Assembly: GCF_006345805.1 (NCBI RefSeq)
Contig: NW_021835064.1
Span: 1 to 48,786, forward strand
DNA: 48,786 nt
Reading direction: 5' to 3'
From: Octopus sinensis
Lineage: Eukaryota
Part shown: piece by piece, positions 22,680-35,496 of the stretch
Layout of the letters: every line of letters begins with the position of its first letter
Numbering within the stretch: the first letter of the stretch is position 1
Notes under the pieces: model-generated
Database searches by the model: none
Told to the model about the DNA's origin: nothing
Seen by the model: the letters and a program-made list of their open reading frames with translations, nothing else
Made by a program: the position numbers and the translations under genes

Positions 22680-23493
22680 CTCCTCCTCTTCTTTTTCTTC
22701 TCCCTCTTTGGATCTTTTCTTTTTGAAGGCCAGATTTTCCTAGTTAACTAAACAATTTGAAACTTCGTATACTGGTAGAATGTGTCAAAAGAAAACATTA
22801 TTGTAAACAAAATTGAAAACAAAATTGTAATTCGTAACTTCAACGTAGTTTAATTTTAAGAATTTTAACCAATGAAATCGCAGCATTCGAGCTCAAATTA
22901 TTTACCTCTTCTTCTGTCTTCTACATGTGCTAGAAATAACAGCTATATCTCTTAAATCGATTAATTTCGTCGCCCAATAAAAATATTAACGATATTTTTT
23001 TAATATTTTCTTTATTCTTTTTTTGCCGAAAAGGCTTCTCCCATGGTTTTGAAGGGCCAGAAACAACAAAAACAAAACAATAATATGCCTAAATCGGTCT
23101 CGAGTTTGCGCGTGGAGTGTGAGTCGTATTGTAAAAATTTGCGAAATATTTTTTCATAAAATATATACATCCATGTATACCTATACATACGCATATACAC
23201 ATGCATGTATATATGTTAGGTATATGTATGCGTGCGTGCGTGTGTGTGTGTGTGTGTGTGTGTGCGTGCGTGTCTGCGTGCGCGCGTGAGCTTGTGTATG
23301 CATGCTCCAGCGTCGGTGCGGTATCCCAGCATGGTCACAGTCCACTGACTGAAGCAAGTTAAAGAATACGCATAAACAATAACAGTACGTTTTGTGTACA
23401 AGTGAATAGGAATGCGTTGTGTTTGGGTTTCTACAGAGAAGTGAATAATCATCATTCTACTCTATTTGGTTTACTTTACAAAATTTTATCAAT

Positions 23494-24074
23494 TACCTAT
23501 TTCTTTACCACCCACAAGGGGCTAAACACAGAGAGGGCAAACAAGGACAGACAAACGGATTAAGTCGATTATATCGACACCAGTGCGTAACTGGTACTTA
23601 ATTTATCGACCCCGAAAGGATGAAAGGCAAAGTCGACCTCGGCGGAACTTGAACTCAGAACGTAACGGCAGACGAAATACCTATTTCTTTATTACCCACA
23701 AGGGGCTAAACACAGAGAGGACAAACAAGGACAGACAAACGGATTAAGTCTATTATATCGACACCAGTGCGTAACTGGTACTTATTTAATTGACCCCGAA
23801 AGGATGAAACGCAAAGTCGACCTCGGCGGAATTTAAACTCAGAACGTAGCAGCATGCGAAATACCTATTTCTTTACCACCCACAAGGGGCTAAACACAGA
23901 GAGGACAAACAAGGACAAACAAGCTGATTAAGTCGATTACATCGACCCCAGTGCGTAACTGGTACTTATTTAATTGACCCCGAAAGGATGAAAGGCAAAC
24001 TCAGAACTTAACAGCAGACGAAATACGGCTATGCATTTCGCCCAGCGTGCTAAAGATTCTGCCGGCTCGCCGCC
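23494..24074 (-). mobile_element. SINE family B, head plus three tandem 184-bp body units
   Basis: TACCTATTTCTTT unit boundaries at 23494, 23678 and 23862; head ends CTCGCCGCC. Confidence 0.9.
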
Positions 24075-24739
24075 CTTTATTAATTTATTAATTACTACCT
24101 TAAAAGAAGCAAGTTCTGTTCCACTCCTTTCTCTTGAGCTCACAAATGTAACCCTTTGTTATTCGTTGGTTTTACGCGACATTTAACAGAATAGCATGAA
24201 GAGGGATTCGTATTCACTGCGCATTCTAAATTCATTGAAGATTTAATCATTAACCTTAACAAGTTCCCAGTTAACGCGACCGTTTATAGTTTAATCACGT
24301 TACGCTCTGCTTCTCTTCCTTAACACCGAGTCACCCTTAGCCTATGATCAAAAATGATCCATCCACGACTATACTGCCACATTTGTATGTCTAGAACTAT
24401 AAATCAGTAATGTATCCTTCCATTTTAAGACGTGATTTAGAGTAATTTCACAGCTGTTTCTCACTAGTCAAGCGACAAACACAGAGACTCATTCTTTCCT
24501 CCTTGTACGAGCTAATGACAAGATCGGTTGTTCCTTTCCGCTAATTTATAACCATTGTGCTACTTTTGGAAGTGATAGTTATTAGTTGTAGTAACAACGT
24601 GAAGGTTGCTGGTGAGTCGGATTCCGAATTTATTACACCATGTTGCGATCAGAGTTTGAACCCCTGCTGAGGTGAATATGATCTTTTATCGTTTCATTCT
24701 GTTATCAGTTGTGGATAGAATAATCCTTTCTATTATAGG

Positions 24740-25134
24740 CACAAGGTCTGAATTTTTTTCCTCTTTTTTTGGTAGAGGAGCACTAGTCTATTAAATCTAC
24801 CCCAGTGCATAACTGATGCTTTATTTATCGACCCCGAAAGGATGAAAGGCAAAGTCGACCCCGGCGGCATTTGAACTTGGAACGAGAAGATAGACGAAAT
24901 ACCTATTTCTTTACTACCCACAAGGGACTAAACACAGAGAGGACAAACAAGGACAGACAAACGGATTAAGTCGATTACATCGACCCCAGTGCGTAACTGG
25001 TACTTATTTATCGACCCCGAAAGGATGAAAAGCAAAGTCGACCTCGGTGGAATTTGAACTCAGAGCGTAACGGCAGACGAAATACGGCTACGCATTTCGC
25101 CTGGCGTGCTAACGATTCTACCAGCTCGCTGCCT
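24740..25134 (-). mobile_element. SINE family B, head plus one body unit plus a diverged second unit
   Basis: Same GACGAAATACCTATTTC junction at about 24893-24909. Confidence 0.8.
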
Positions 25135-25184
25135 TGGTTATGGATAAAATAATTCCTAGTTAGGTATCTGCATCGATTTAATCA

Positions 25185-25530
25185 ATGGAAATTGCAGTTG
25201 TGATACCAGTGCCGGTGGCACGTAAAAGAACCATCCGAACGTGGCCGTTGCCAGCACCACCTCGACTGGCCTCCGTGCCGGTGGCACGTAAAAAGCACCA
25301 ACCGATCGTGGTCGTTGCCAGCCTCGCGTGGCACATGTGCTGGTGTCACGTAAAAAGCACCCACTACACTCACGGAGTGGTTGGCGTTAGGAAGGGCATC
25401 CAGCTGTAGAAAAATTGCCAGATCAGACTGGTACTTGGTGCAGCCTCCTGGCTTCCCAGACCCTAGTCGAACCGTCCAACCCATGCTAGCATGGAAAGTG
25501 GACGTTAAACGAGGATGATGATGATGATGA
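25185..25530 (+). mobile_element. SINE family C with RTE-like tail and (GAT)n end
   Basis: GGTTGGCGTTAGGAAGGGCATCCAGCTGTAG...CATGGAAAGTGGACGTTAAAC(GAT)n; three internal GTG(C)CGGTGGCACGTAAAA-type repeats. Second copy at 26158-26460. Confidence 0.75.
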
Positions 25531-26157
25531 ATCCACCATTTTATATATAAGAGTTTGCAGTCAACATTTTCATTTTCCCATCCATATTCACAAATAACCC
25601 TTCTTTTCACATTGTACAAAACACTAAAAACAAAAGAATCATGATACATTCAAGAACAACTATTCTTTCAGAATTGCTTTCATTTCCAAATAATTTAGAC
25701 CAATTAAAACAATGTCAAATGTATAGTCAAGAATAAGTAACATTCTACTAAGCAACAGATTGGAATACAGATATTTTGAATATAATTGTTGTTCATTACC
25801 TGTGCATAAAAATAATTCATCCTTATTTTCTGCTCTTTCGTTACGAAACTGGCTCTGGCTCTTTAGTACAAATGTTTTGTTTTCATAAGTTTTGAATGAA
25901 AATCTTCCACCAAACCTTAGTCACAATTTATGTTCCTAACACTAATTCACAGACTTTCACAAATTCACATACTTTTAAAAATAACATTGCATAGACAACC
26001 AAAACCATCTTAGTAGAAGGATATGCAATATCAAACCCCCAAAACTCTTCTTAGATGGACTACAGTAAGGGCAAAATAATTCTTTCATTACTGCCTCAGT
26101 GTTATTTTCCTGTTTACAAGTATCTTACAGGCTTCTTAGCCTAAAGAGTGAAACCAA

Positions 26158-26460
26158 ACATCATCATCATCATCATCATTTAACGTCCGCTTTCCATGCT
26201 AGCATGCGTTGGACGATTTTGACTGAGGTCTGGCGAACCAGACTCCAATCTTGATCTGGCAGAGTGTCTACACAGCTGGATGCCCTTGCTAACGCCAACC
26301 AATCCGAGAGTGTAGTGGGTGCTTTTAAAGTGCAACCGGCACGAGGACCAGTCAGGTGATACTGGCAATGGCCATGCTCAAATGGTGCTTTTTATGTGCC
26401 ACCAGCACAGGAGCCAGTCTAGCGGCACTAACGACGACCACGCTCGAATGTTTCACATGC
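26158..26460 (-). mobile_element. SINE family C, second copy
   Basis: (CAT)n TTAACGTCCGCTTTCCATGCTAGCATG is the reverse of the 25480-25530 tail. Confidence 0.75.
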
Positions 26461-27123
26461 CAATAAATAAATAACATTTTAAGAGAATTTATCATCAGAA
26501 ACACTGGACATACTCTTTCCTTTGTTCTAACTCCCAATCCAACGTGCAAGAGTTTGTTGGTGAGAATCGTTGTGTGTGATTTTAGGTAATGTCTTCAGAT
26601 ATTCTACACACACTACACTTCATTGAATACTATTCCCCATGCATTCTATATGTATACTAATGTATATATATTACACAAATATATGATACAATGTAAAATA
26701 CACTATCTAAAGATAGCGTATTCCCACTAGTGTGTGTATATATATATATGTGTGTGCGTGTTTAAATATGTGTGTATGTATGTATGTATGTATGTATGTA
26801 TGTATGTATGTATTTATGTATGTATGTATGTATGCATGTATGTGTGTGTTCGTGTATTTTTGTATGTGTGGGATGTGTGTATAACAGCTTTACAATGAAA
26901 GGAAAAAGGACTATCTGAATTACATGCATAATTAGAACCAAATGGGTAATATAATAAGTCTTGTGTCTAGAACGGAACGAACGGCAGACAGACAGACAGA
27001 CAGATAGGTAGATACATACATACATACACACATATATAAAGGGATGAATAGGTTAATAGATAGGTAAATAGTAATAATAATATATAATATATATATTATA
27101 TATGTATGTATTGTATATATATA

Positions 27124-27160
<37 letters not shown>

Positions 27161-27194
27161 CACACGCAGAGAGAGGAGGAGCTGAAATGATATA

Positions 27195-27209
27195 TAGATA
27201 GATAGATAT

Positions 27210-27276
<67 letters not shown>

Positions 27277-27297
27277 TAAAGATAGATAGATAGATAT

Positions 27298-27385
<88 letters not shown>
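27195..27385. repeat. (GATA)n microsatellite
   Basis: Read directly. Confidence 0.95.
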
Positions 27386-27386
<1 letters not shown>

Positions 27387-27876
27387 ACGATGCACGGATT
27401 ACAGTATGTATGTAATGTATGTACGTGTTGTCGTCTAGTTTGAGAATAAACAGTAGCGATAATTTTTTTTATTTTCCCAGCGGTGAGTAGAGTAAACGAA
27501 AAAATGTTCCCACTTGAGTGTCAAAAATCGCCCGAAAACTTAACCCGTAGTTGAATGAAAGGATTCACTGTGAAATGACAAGAAAGATGAACAGACATTC
27601 TTTATGTCTTTAATTTTGTTATTTATAATTTAATCACATAATTAGCAAAAATATGCTAAATGGAATCATAGTAGATGGGTTCAGAGAAAAACTTGCCTGT
27701 TGAACAAGTTATCAGTTTCGTAAAATTAACATGATTTACAATGGACTCAGGAGGGAAATATTTATGAATCACGCCGCCATTGTCAACAGTACCAGCATAC
27801 AAGATGCATGTAAATGTTAACCAAACAACATTTGATATTTAGAATTCTTTTGTCTTATTGTTTGAACAGTGGGAGA

Positions 27877-28015
27877 ATGACTTCTAAAATAGATAAATTA
27901 ATGAACGGAATCAAAAAAAAGGACTTCAAAAGAGCAATTGAAAATGCTAGCTCAGGAAATCTATTGGATGTTATCGAAAAGAAATTATTCTTTTGTTACC
28001 AGAATAGGCGCTTAC
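27877..28015 (+). CDS. Tentative first coding exon of an unknown host gene (MTSKIDKLMNGIKKKDFKRAIENASSGNLLDVIEKKLFFCYQNRRL)
   Basis: Pyrimidine tract plus CAG acceptor at 27869, ATG with A at -3, weak GTATTT donor at 28016, strong upstream donor CG/GTGAGT at 27482/27483. No homology recognised. Confidence 0.25.
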
Positions 28016-28071
28016 GTATTTATTTATTCGTTTCCTTTTTTTTTTTAGTGACAGGTACTTACTCGTAAATA

Positions 28072-28310
28072 GGCGGCGATCTGGCAGAAACGTTAGCACG
28101 CCGGGCGAAATGCGTAGCCGTATTTCGTCTGCCGTTACGTTCTGAGTTCAAATTCCGCCGAGGTCGACTTTGCCTTTTATCCTTTCGGAAGTCGATAAAT
28201 TAAGTACCAGTTACGCACTGGGGTCGATATAATCGACTTAATCCGTCCGTCTGTCCTTGTTTGTCTCCTCCGTGTTTAGCTCCTTGTGGGTAGTAAAGAA
28301 ATAGGTATTT
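28072..28310 (+). mobile_element. SINE family B monomer
   Basis: Full head and body, ending AAAGAAATAGGTATTT. Confidence 0.9.
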
Positions 28311-28500
28311 ACTAGTAATTACGCTCGCGCGCACACATACACACACACACACACACATATACACAAACACAAACACGTACACAAGCACTCACAAACGATA
28401 ACGAGTCTGTAATATTGTGTGTGCGTGCGCGCGCGTGAGTGTGTATATGTGCGTGTCGTATGACTATATATATATTATCTCTGTCTTTCTCTCTATACAC

Positions 28501-28542
<42 letters not shown>

Positions 28543-28550
28543 ACAAGCAC

Positions 28551-29058
28551 ATAAATATAATAATAGCAATAATTCTAGGATGGAACTTATAGATATTTAA
28601 TACATCGCTACGCGCGTTTCCACAAATCAAATGATTTTAACATCAGAGTCCGTAACTTTGCGATCATTACGGAATAGTCCGTATTATCTGTGGGCATTCG
28701 ATTGATCATCATCACAGATCCATTGCATCAGGCGATACTGTATTATTGGATTAATCACAGAAGGAAGCTTATCCCTTCTTGCCTGTATGAAGGCTAATTT
28801 AGCTATGTAAGTATGGATTTATACTGGCAAGAAGGGATAAACAACCTTCTGTGATTCATCCACTATTGTTATATCGCCTGATGAAATGAATCAATGATAA
28901 TGATCGACCGAATGCCCACGGATTATACGGACTATATTGTACTAATCCCAAGCATACCGTCTCTGATGTTAAAATCATGCAATTTGTGGAAACGCGCGTA
29001 GCGATGTATTAAATATTTATAAATTCCATCCTAGAATTATTGTTATTATTATATTTAT
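28551..29058. mobile_element. Foldback/MITE-like element, about 508 bp, palindromic over nearly its whole length
   Basis: ATAAATATAATAATAGCAATAATTCTAGGATGG... pairs with ...CCATCCTAGAATTATTGTTATTATTATATTTAT; arms about 230 bp with an internal indel; possible TA TSD. Confidence 0.85.
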
Positions 29059-29245
29059 CCTACTATCCTATTTGCAACCCCGAAAAACTGACTCACCAGT
29101 CGGTACCATTATACAGTATGATGAAATAGGAGCTTTATTTACATAACCCTAACGTTACCATAAACGAATAAAAAATATATACACACACATACATACATAC
29201 ATACATACATGCATGCATGCATGCATACATACATACATACATACA

Positions 29246-29279
<34 letters not shown>

Positions 29280-29280
29280 C

Positions 29281-29356
<76 letters not shown>

Positions 29357-29643
29357 ATGAAGAAAATAGAGAGAGAGAGAAAGAGAGAGTCAACAGATGT
29401 GATGGCGAGAATCTCAATGTAGAAAACACTTGGTGCGCTCAGAAAATTTGAACTTACACTTCGATATCTTTGCCGGGGAACAAATCGAATGCAGCTGTGC
29501 ATCGTTAACCAGCTAGAGAAGATGTCCTGTTGAGGTTTTTAAAATCGCAAGAGTCCGCTAGGACGGACAGCCATGTTAAAGTGGCTACGAATATTATATA
29601 CACAAACACACACACACACACACATACCACACACACACACACA

Positions 29644-29731
<88 letters not shown>

Positions 29732-29736
29732 TATAA

Positions 29737-29927
29737 TGGGGAGAATTCACAAGAAAACAAAAGACGAAGACAGGGGAGTAGACAACAAACAGATTTATTA
29801 GTATAACACTCGGGAAGTGAAAAAGTATTTAACGTTTCGAGCCTACGCTCTTCCACAGAAAAGAACACAGAAAGAAACAAGGAGAGTAAATAAAGAATAT
29901 GTAGTGTCTAGTGATCTATCATGGCGA
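29737..29927 (-). mobile_element. PLE-like pLTR fragment (family E), second copy, with variant minimal HHR
   Basis: Minus strand reads CTTTT-CTGTGGA-A-GAGC-GTAG-GCTC-GAAACGTT-AAAT; homologous to 7672-7870; adjoins (TA)n. Confidence 0.6.
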
Positions 29928-30415
29928 GAGAGAGAGGGAGAGAGAGACACACACACACACGCGCGCATATACATTTGCAAATAAATGTAGATATGCACGT
30001 ATGCATGTAAGTCCCTGTGTTGGTATTTGCTGGCTTTCTCCAATATTTGAGCGAATTCTATATATTCCACGATTCTATAGTGTCCCACTTTTTGGAACTA
30101 TATATACGACAAACAACAAATTCTTCTCAACACAATCGTTTGCTCTTTCTGGAATTATTTTTATAAACGTTAGCGACATATTATTTTTGGATTAACTTGA
30201 GAATTACTTGTGTAGATATTTAAGAAGGAGGAGTAAAAGAAGAACTGGGAAAATAGATGAAGACAGACATGGGGACGAAAAACAAGAACAGGAATTACAA
30301 CAACAACACTATATTAAATCAAACAAAAACTCAACCGAATTATAAACAATTGCTCAGCAGCTGTTGTTGCTGCTGCTGCTGTTCTTCTTCTTCTTCTTCT
30401 TCTTCTTCTTCTCAT

Positions 30416-30651
30416 TACTTATTTCTTTACTACCCACAAGGGACTAAACACACATGGGGACAAACAAAGACAGAAAAAGGAATTAAGTCGATTATATCGA
30501 CCCCAGTGCGTAAATGGTATCTATTTAATCGACCCCGAAAGGATGAAAGGCAAAGTCGACCTCAGCGGAATTTGAACTCAGAACGTAACGGCAGATGAAA
30601 TACGGCTACGCATTTCGCCCGGCGTGCTAACGTTTCTGCCAGCTCACCGCC
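30416..30651 (-). mobile_element. SINE family B monomer
   Basis: Homology to family B; TTCTCATTACT duplicated on both sides. Confidence 0.85.
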
Positions 30652-30796
30652 TTATTCTCATTACTATTAAGGTAGTGAGCTGGCAGAATCGTTAACACGC
30701 CAGACAAAATGCTTAGCGTCGTTATGTCCTGAGTTCGAATTCCGCCGAGGTCGACTTTGAATTTCATTCTTTCGGAGTCGATATACTAAAGTACCA

Positions 30797-30992
30797 TACA
30801 GTTCTATATTTAAGAGATGAGGAAATATTGTACATTATTTACATTATTTACATTTGATGGATATTTGTCCTCATCGTGTTAGTTGTTAACTCAACGTTTC
30901 GCCCTATGCCCGTGGGCATATGCCGTAGTAGTTAAGAGCGCGGGCTACTAAGCCCAATATTCCGAAATCGATTCCAGACAGTGACCTGAATA

Positions 30993-31072
<80 letters not shown>

Positions 31073-31213
31073 TCGAAAAGTAGCTTAGGAATGAGAACCC
31101 AGGTTCGAAATTTCCCCAAGACACCTGTTGAAGGCTGGAGGGTATCAGCCGAAACGTTGTGCTAACAACAAACAAGACGAGAACAAATATCCATCAAATG
31201 TAAATAATGTAAA
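30797..31213 (+). mobile_element. SINE family D (tRNA-like head, (AAT)n, minimal HHR tail) as an inverted composite with 10-bp TSD
   Basis: Minus 3'-terminal arm 30797-30902 joined to plus copy 30914-31213. TSD TAAAGTACCA at 30787-30796 and 31214-31223. Interrupts an older family B copy. Confidence 0.8.
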
Positions 31214-31320
31214 TAAAGTACCAGCTGAACATGGAGTCGATATAAAACTAACTTGACACCCAAAATGTCAAGCCTTCTGCCTATTGTAGAAAGAATTGTT
31301 ATTATTATTATTATTATTTA

Positions 31321-31356
<36 letters not shown>

Positions 31357-31373
31357 CATTAAAGGTGTTGAAA

Positions 31374-31610
31374 GGCGGCGAGCAAGCAAAATCGTCAGCA
31401 CGCCGGGCGGAATGCTTAGCAGTATATCGTCTGCCGCTGCGTTCTGAGTTCAAATTCCGCCGAGGTCAACTTTGCCTTTCATCCTTTCGGGGTCGATAAA
31501 TTAAGTACCAGTTACACACTGGAGTCGATGTACTCGACTTAATCCGTTTGTCTGTCCTTGTTTGTCCCCTCTATGTTTAGCCCCTTGTGAGCAATAAAGA
31601 AATAAGTATC
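31374..31610 (+). mobile_element. SINE family B monomer, followed by two degenerate copies to about 32010
   Basis: Homology to family B. Confidence 0.8.
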
Positions 31611-32168
31611 ATTAGTGCACTGAACGAATTGCTTACCTGTATTTCACCCGTCGCTACGTACGGAGTTCAAATTCTGCCGAGGTCGTCTTTGCCTTTCATC
31701 CTTTTGGGGGTCGAAAAATTAGTACCAGCTGAACACTGAGATTGATGTAATCGACACGGCCCCTCCTCCACAATTGTTGCCCTTGTGGTAAAATTTGAAA
31801 CCATTATTAAAGTGGAGAGCTAGCAAGATCATTAGCACGCTGGACAAAGATGCTTAGCGGTGTTTCAAATTCCGACTAGGCCTGCATTCCATTTTTCAGG
31901 TCTTCGATAGAATAAGTACCAACTGAGCACTTGTGTCGATTATATCGATTTACCCTCTCCCATGAAATTACTGGCCTTGTGCCAAAATTTATAACTATCA
32001 GTATCATCATCATCTTCATCATCATTGTTAGTTGTATTATTAGTGTTAAAATATGAGAATGGTATTTTGAGAAACCATCTCCGCAAGAAAACGAAGACCT
32101 GCTTAAGCTCCAGCTATATCAACCTTTTGAGGGCATTTTTCTTAATTATCATTATTATTTTAATATTA

Positions 32169-32580
32169 GGAACTTTTCGGTTTGAACGGCGGTTTTTTCT
32201 AGCGGTATCATATGAAATTGTCACCCATAATTATGACCCTAGTATCGATCTATTGCATTTCAATCTGTTTTAGGGTTAGGGGTGGGGGATGTGTATCTTT
32301 CTTTCTTCACAAATGTAAATAAACTCAATCTGTTTCTTAAACGAGGGACATATTCATACGGCACAGAATGTTTTCACCTAAAATAGACGTCATCGATTAG
32401 TTGAAATTGCAGAAATTGAAGAAAAAAAAACAACAAATATCTTACAAACTGTAGAATTTTCTCAATAAAGCCAAGAGAAAAAGATGTTTTATAAACACAT
32501 TCTACCAGTATACGAAGTTTAAAAGTGTTTAGTTACGTGGAAATTATTTTTAAAAACTGCCGTTCAAACCGAAAAGATCC
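32169..32580. mobile_element. MITE family G, ~30-bp TIRs, 8-bp TSD (hAT-like)
   Basis: GGA(A/T)CTTTTCGGTTTGAACGGC.../...GCCGTTCAAACCGAAAAGATCC; TSD TAATATTA at 32161-68 and 32581-88. Confidence 0.85.
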
Positions 32581-32694
32581 TAATATTATTTTATCATTTA
32601 ACTGCTGTGTTGTTTTATTTTCAAAAAATATAATGACAAAACAATAATCGAATTACATTGTCTTTCTGTATTGATTATTATTGGATCTGCACAT

Positions 32695-33110
32695 CTTGTT
32701 AGCATACTTTTGTCTCGGGAGACAATGGAGTTGCGCATAAACCAATTCAGTCTGGTTTTTACATTTCATGTACTCTCCAGTTTTGCGCAGGCCTGGGCTA
32801 GATGTTAGAACATCCTGGGTAGCCCAATCGACAGGATTCCTCTCTCGACCTTGCTGACATTGTCAAAAGGAGTGCAGAGCATTACGTTTGGCATCAGCTT
32901 GTTTGCAGGAACTGCCAGAAGAGTGTCGAGTCAAACACTAAACCGCCTACGGGACTCCACTCCGGATTTCTTTGAAGGGTGTCTCCTTTCCGTAACCCTG
33001 GATAGGGGCCCATACCGGGTACTGTTAGCCGGAGCCAGCTGAGCCCGGGACTCGTATCAGGCAGGGTCATCACTCCCTGAAGTAGTGGAGAAAATCGCTG
33101 CCCACTACCT
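32695..33110 (+). mobile_element. Probable 5' remnant of an RTE-clade LINE or related non-autonomous element
   Basis: GC-richer island; TTTGGCATCAGCTTGTTTGCAGGAACTGCCAGAAG resembles RTE 5' regions I recall; no coding motifs seen. Confidence 0.35.
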
Positions 33111-33137
33111 ACAATGTGTACAATTACACACACATCT

Positions 33138-33138
33138 G

Positions 33139-33170
<32 letters not shown>

Positions 33171-33568
33171 TGTATGTATGTATGTATGTATGTATGTATG
33201 TATGTATGTATGTATGTATGTATGTATGTATGTATGTTTGTATGTATGTAAGCATGTATGTATGTTTGTATGTATGTATGTTTGTATGTATGTATGCATA
33301 CATGCATGTGTACATGTATGGACAGACATGTCTGTGTGTGTATTTATATACATACATTATGTACATAATTAGATATACATACATTTGTACAAACGTACAA
33401 GTATTTATGCGCATGTATACATGCATACATGCATGCATGCACAATACAAACATGCATATATATACATACATGCATACATATCTACATTCATACACACATA
33501 CACATAAATACATACGTAAATATACACACACATCCATACATAAATACACATACACACGCACACACGCG

Positions 33569-33608
<40 letters not shown>

Positions 33609-33620
33609 ACACACACACAG
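33138..33620. repeat. (TATG)n/(CA)n compound microsatellite
   Basis: Read directly. Confidence 0.9.
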
Positions 33621-34032
33621 CACGTATGTGTGTTAAATGAACATCTGCTAAATTTGGATAAACGCCAGTCTTGTTTTCGAAATTGAAGCGGCATTGTGAG
33701 TAAGTGATCAACATTGAAAACGGCTAAAGCAATGGCGTAACATTAAACCGTAAACCTAGCTCATTCTTTGGGTTACTAAAATAACAAAGTTGCTTAGATT
33801 AACAGTAAACCGTAAATCATGCGAATGATTGGTAAGGAATTAACAGTTTGACTATATACTGTTGAGGTGAAATAGTGTAAGGTTTGGCTCACACTTTTGT
33901 CCAAACATAGCGCGTACCTTTATATAAATATTATATTATATACATTCACACACATACACACGCACATATGTATGTAAACGTATTACACACATACGTGCGT
34001 GCATGAATGTATGTGTCAATGAATGTATCGAC

Positions 34033-34063
<31 letters not shown>

Positions 34064-34345
34064 GGTGTTTCTAGTTGTGGACATACAATGTCGTTCGCTT
34101 CGAATATTGTTGAGTGTAAAATAATATCAAACTTTATAAACACCAATCAGAAAAAGTCAGAAAAAGAATAAATATAGCCCCCTTCACCCACAACAGCACC
34201 ACCCCAACAACACCAACAACAACACCTTCACTATCATCACCCTCACCACCACCACCACCACCACCTCCACCATCACATTATATCTGATGAGGAGTTAGCA
34301 TCGCATTATATCTGATGAGGAGTTAGCATCGCATTATATCTGATG

Positions 34346-34748
34346 GCAGAAAGGTTAGCACGCCGGGCGAAATGCTTAGCGGTATTTCGTCTGCCGTTAC
34401 GTTCTGAGTTCAAATGCCACCGAGGTCGACTTTGCCTTTCATTCTTTCGGGGTCGATTAAATAAGTACCAGTTATGCACTGGGGTCGATGTAATCGACTC
34501 AATCCGTTTGTCTGTCCTTGTTTGTCCCCTCTGTGCGTAACCCCTTGTGGGTAATAAAGAAATAGGTATTTCGTCTGCTGTTACGTTCCGAGTTCAAATT
34601 CCGCTGAGGTCGACTTTGCCATTCATCCTTTCCAGGTCGATAAATAAAGTACCAGTTTCGCACTGGGGTCGATGTAATCGACTTAATCCGTTTGTCTGTC
34701 CTTGTTTGTCCCCTCTGTGTTTAGCCTCTTTGGGGTATTAAAGAAATA
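34346..34748 (+). mobile_element. SINE family B, 5'-trimmed head plus two body units
   Basis: Junction AAAGAAATAGGTATTTCGTCTG at about 34556-34577; flanks share TATATCTGATG. Confidence 0.85.
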
Positions 34749-35294
34749 TATATCTGATGAGGAGTTCTTAGTGTTTTGAGAGGATGGAAAAATAAAAGGA
34801 AGGCAGATAAATGGAATAACAACAGCTGAATAACTATTGGAACAATTGATAAGAGTTGTATGAAGAAATATTGAAGGCATTCTTCCAAATATAAAATGGT
34901 AACTTCTTTTTTATATTTTTAATTTGGAGAACCATTATAGCAAATCTTTATAAAAGAGAAAAAATACCCATGAAATAAAACGAAACAGCGAAAGAAAAAA
35001 AAAAAAGGAGAGAGAGAGACAAAAATCTCGCTATCGTTGAGATCTACGAAAGAATATTTCCCAGACATCCGAGATGGTGCTGCTATTTGACATATTTACA
35101 TCCTTTGAATATATAAACAAAAAGTGTGCTTCTCCATTGACTGGCGTGAAGTCATACGCGGACACTGCAGTTTCTGATCTACAGATGGGTTTTTAGTAGT
35201 TCAGCAATCCTCACTTTTGTTAATACAGGAGGCTGAAATTCACCCCAGTTTTTTTTATTTTCTTATATGTATGTTTTTAGATTATTTTTGTATT

Positions 35295-35455
35295 CTTATT
35301 TACATTATTTACAATAGACAGATATTTGTCCTCATTTTGTTTGTTGTTAACACAACGTTTCGGCTGATATACCCTCCAGCCTTCATCAGGTGTCTTGGGG
35401 AAATTTCCAACCTGAGTTCTCATTCCTAAGGTATTTTTCCATGTTGTTGTTGTTA

Positions 35456-35496
<41 letters not shown>

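Noticed and set aside
30914-30985. Genuine tRNA genes at the SINE heads (families A, B, D, F)
   Set aside because: A/B boxes are present but I could not build a complete cloverleaf, and each continues into a SINE body.
32270-32285. TTAGGG repeats as interstitial telomere
   Set aside because: Only 2-3 units, present at the same place in all three family G MITE copies.
34284-34345. CTGATGAG repeats as hammerheads
   Set aside because: No downstream GAAA or stem II/III; explained as target-site sequence.
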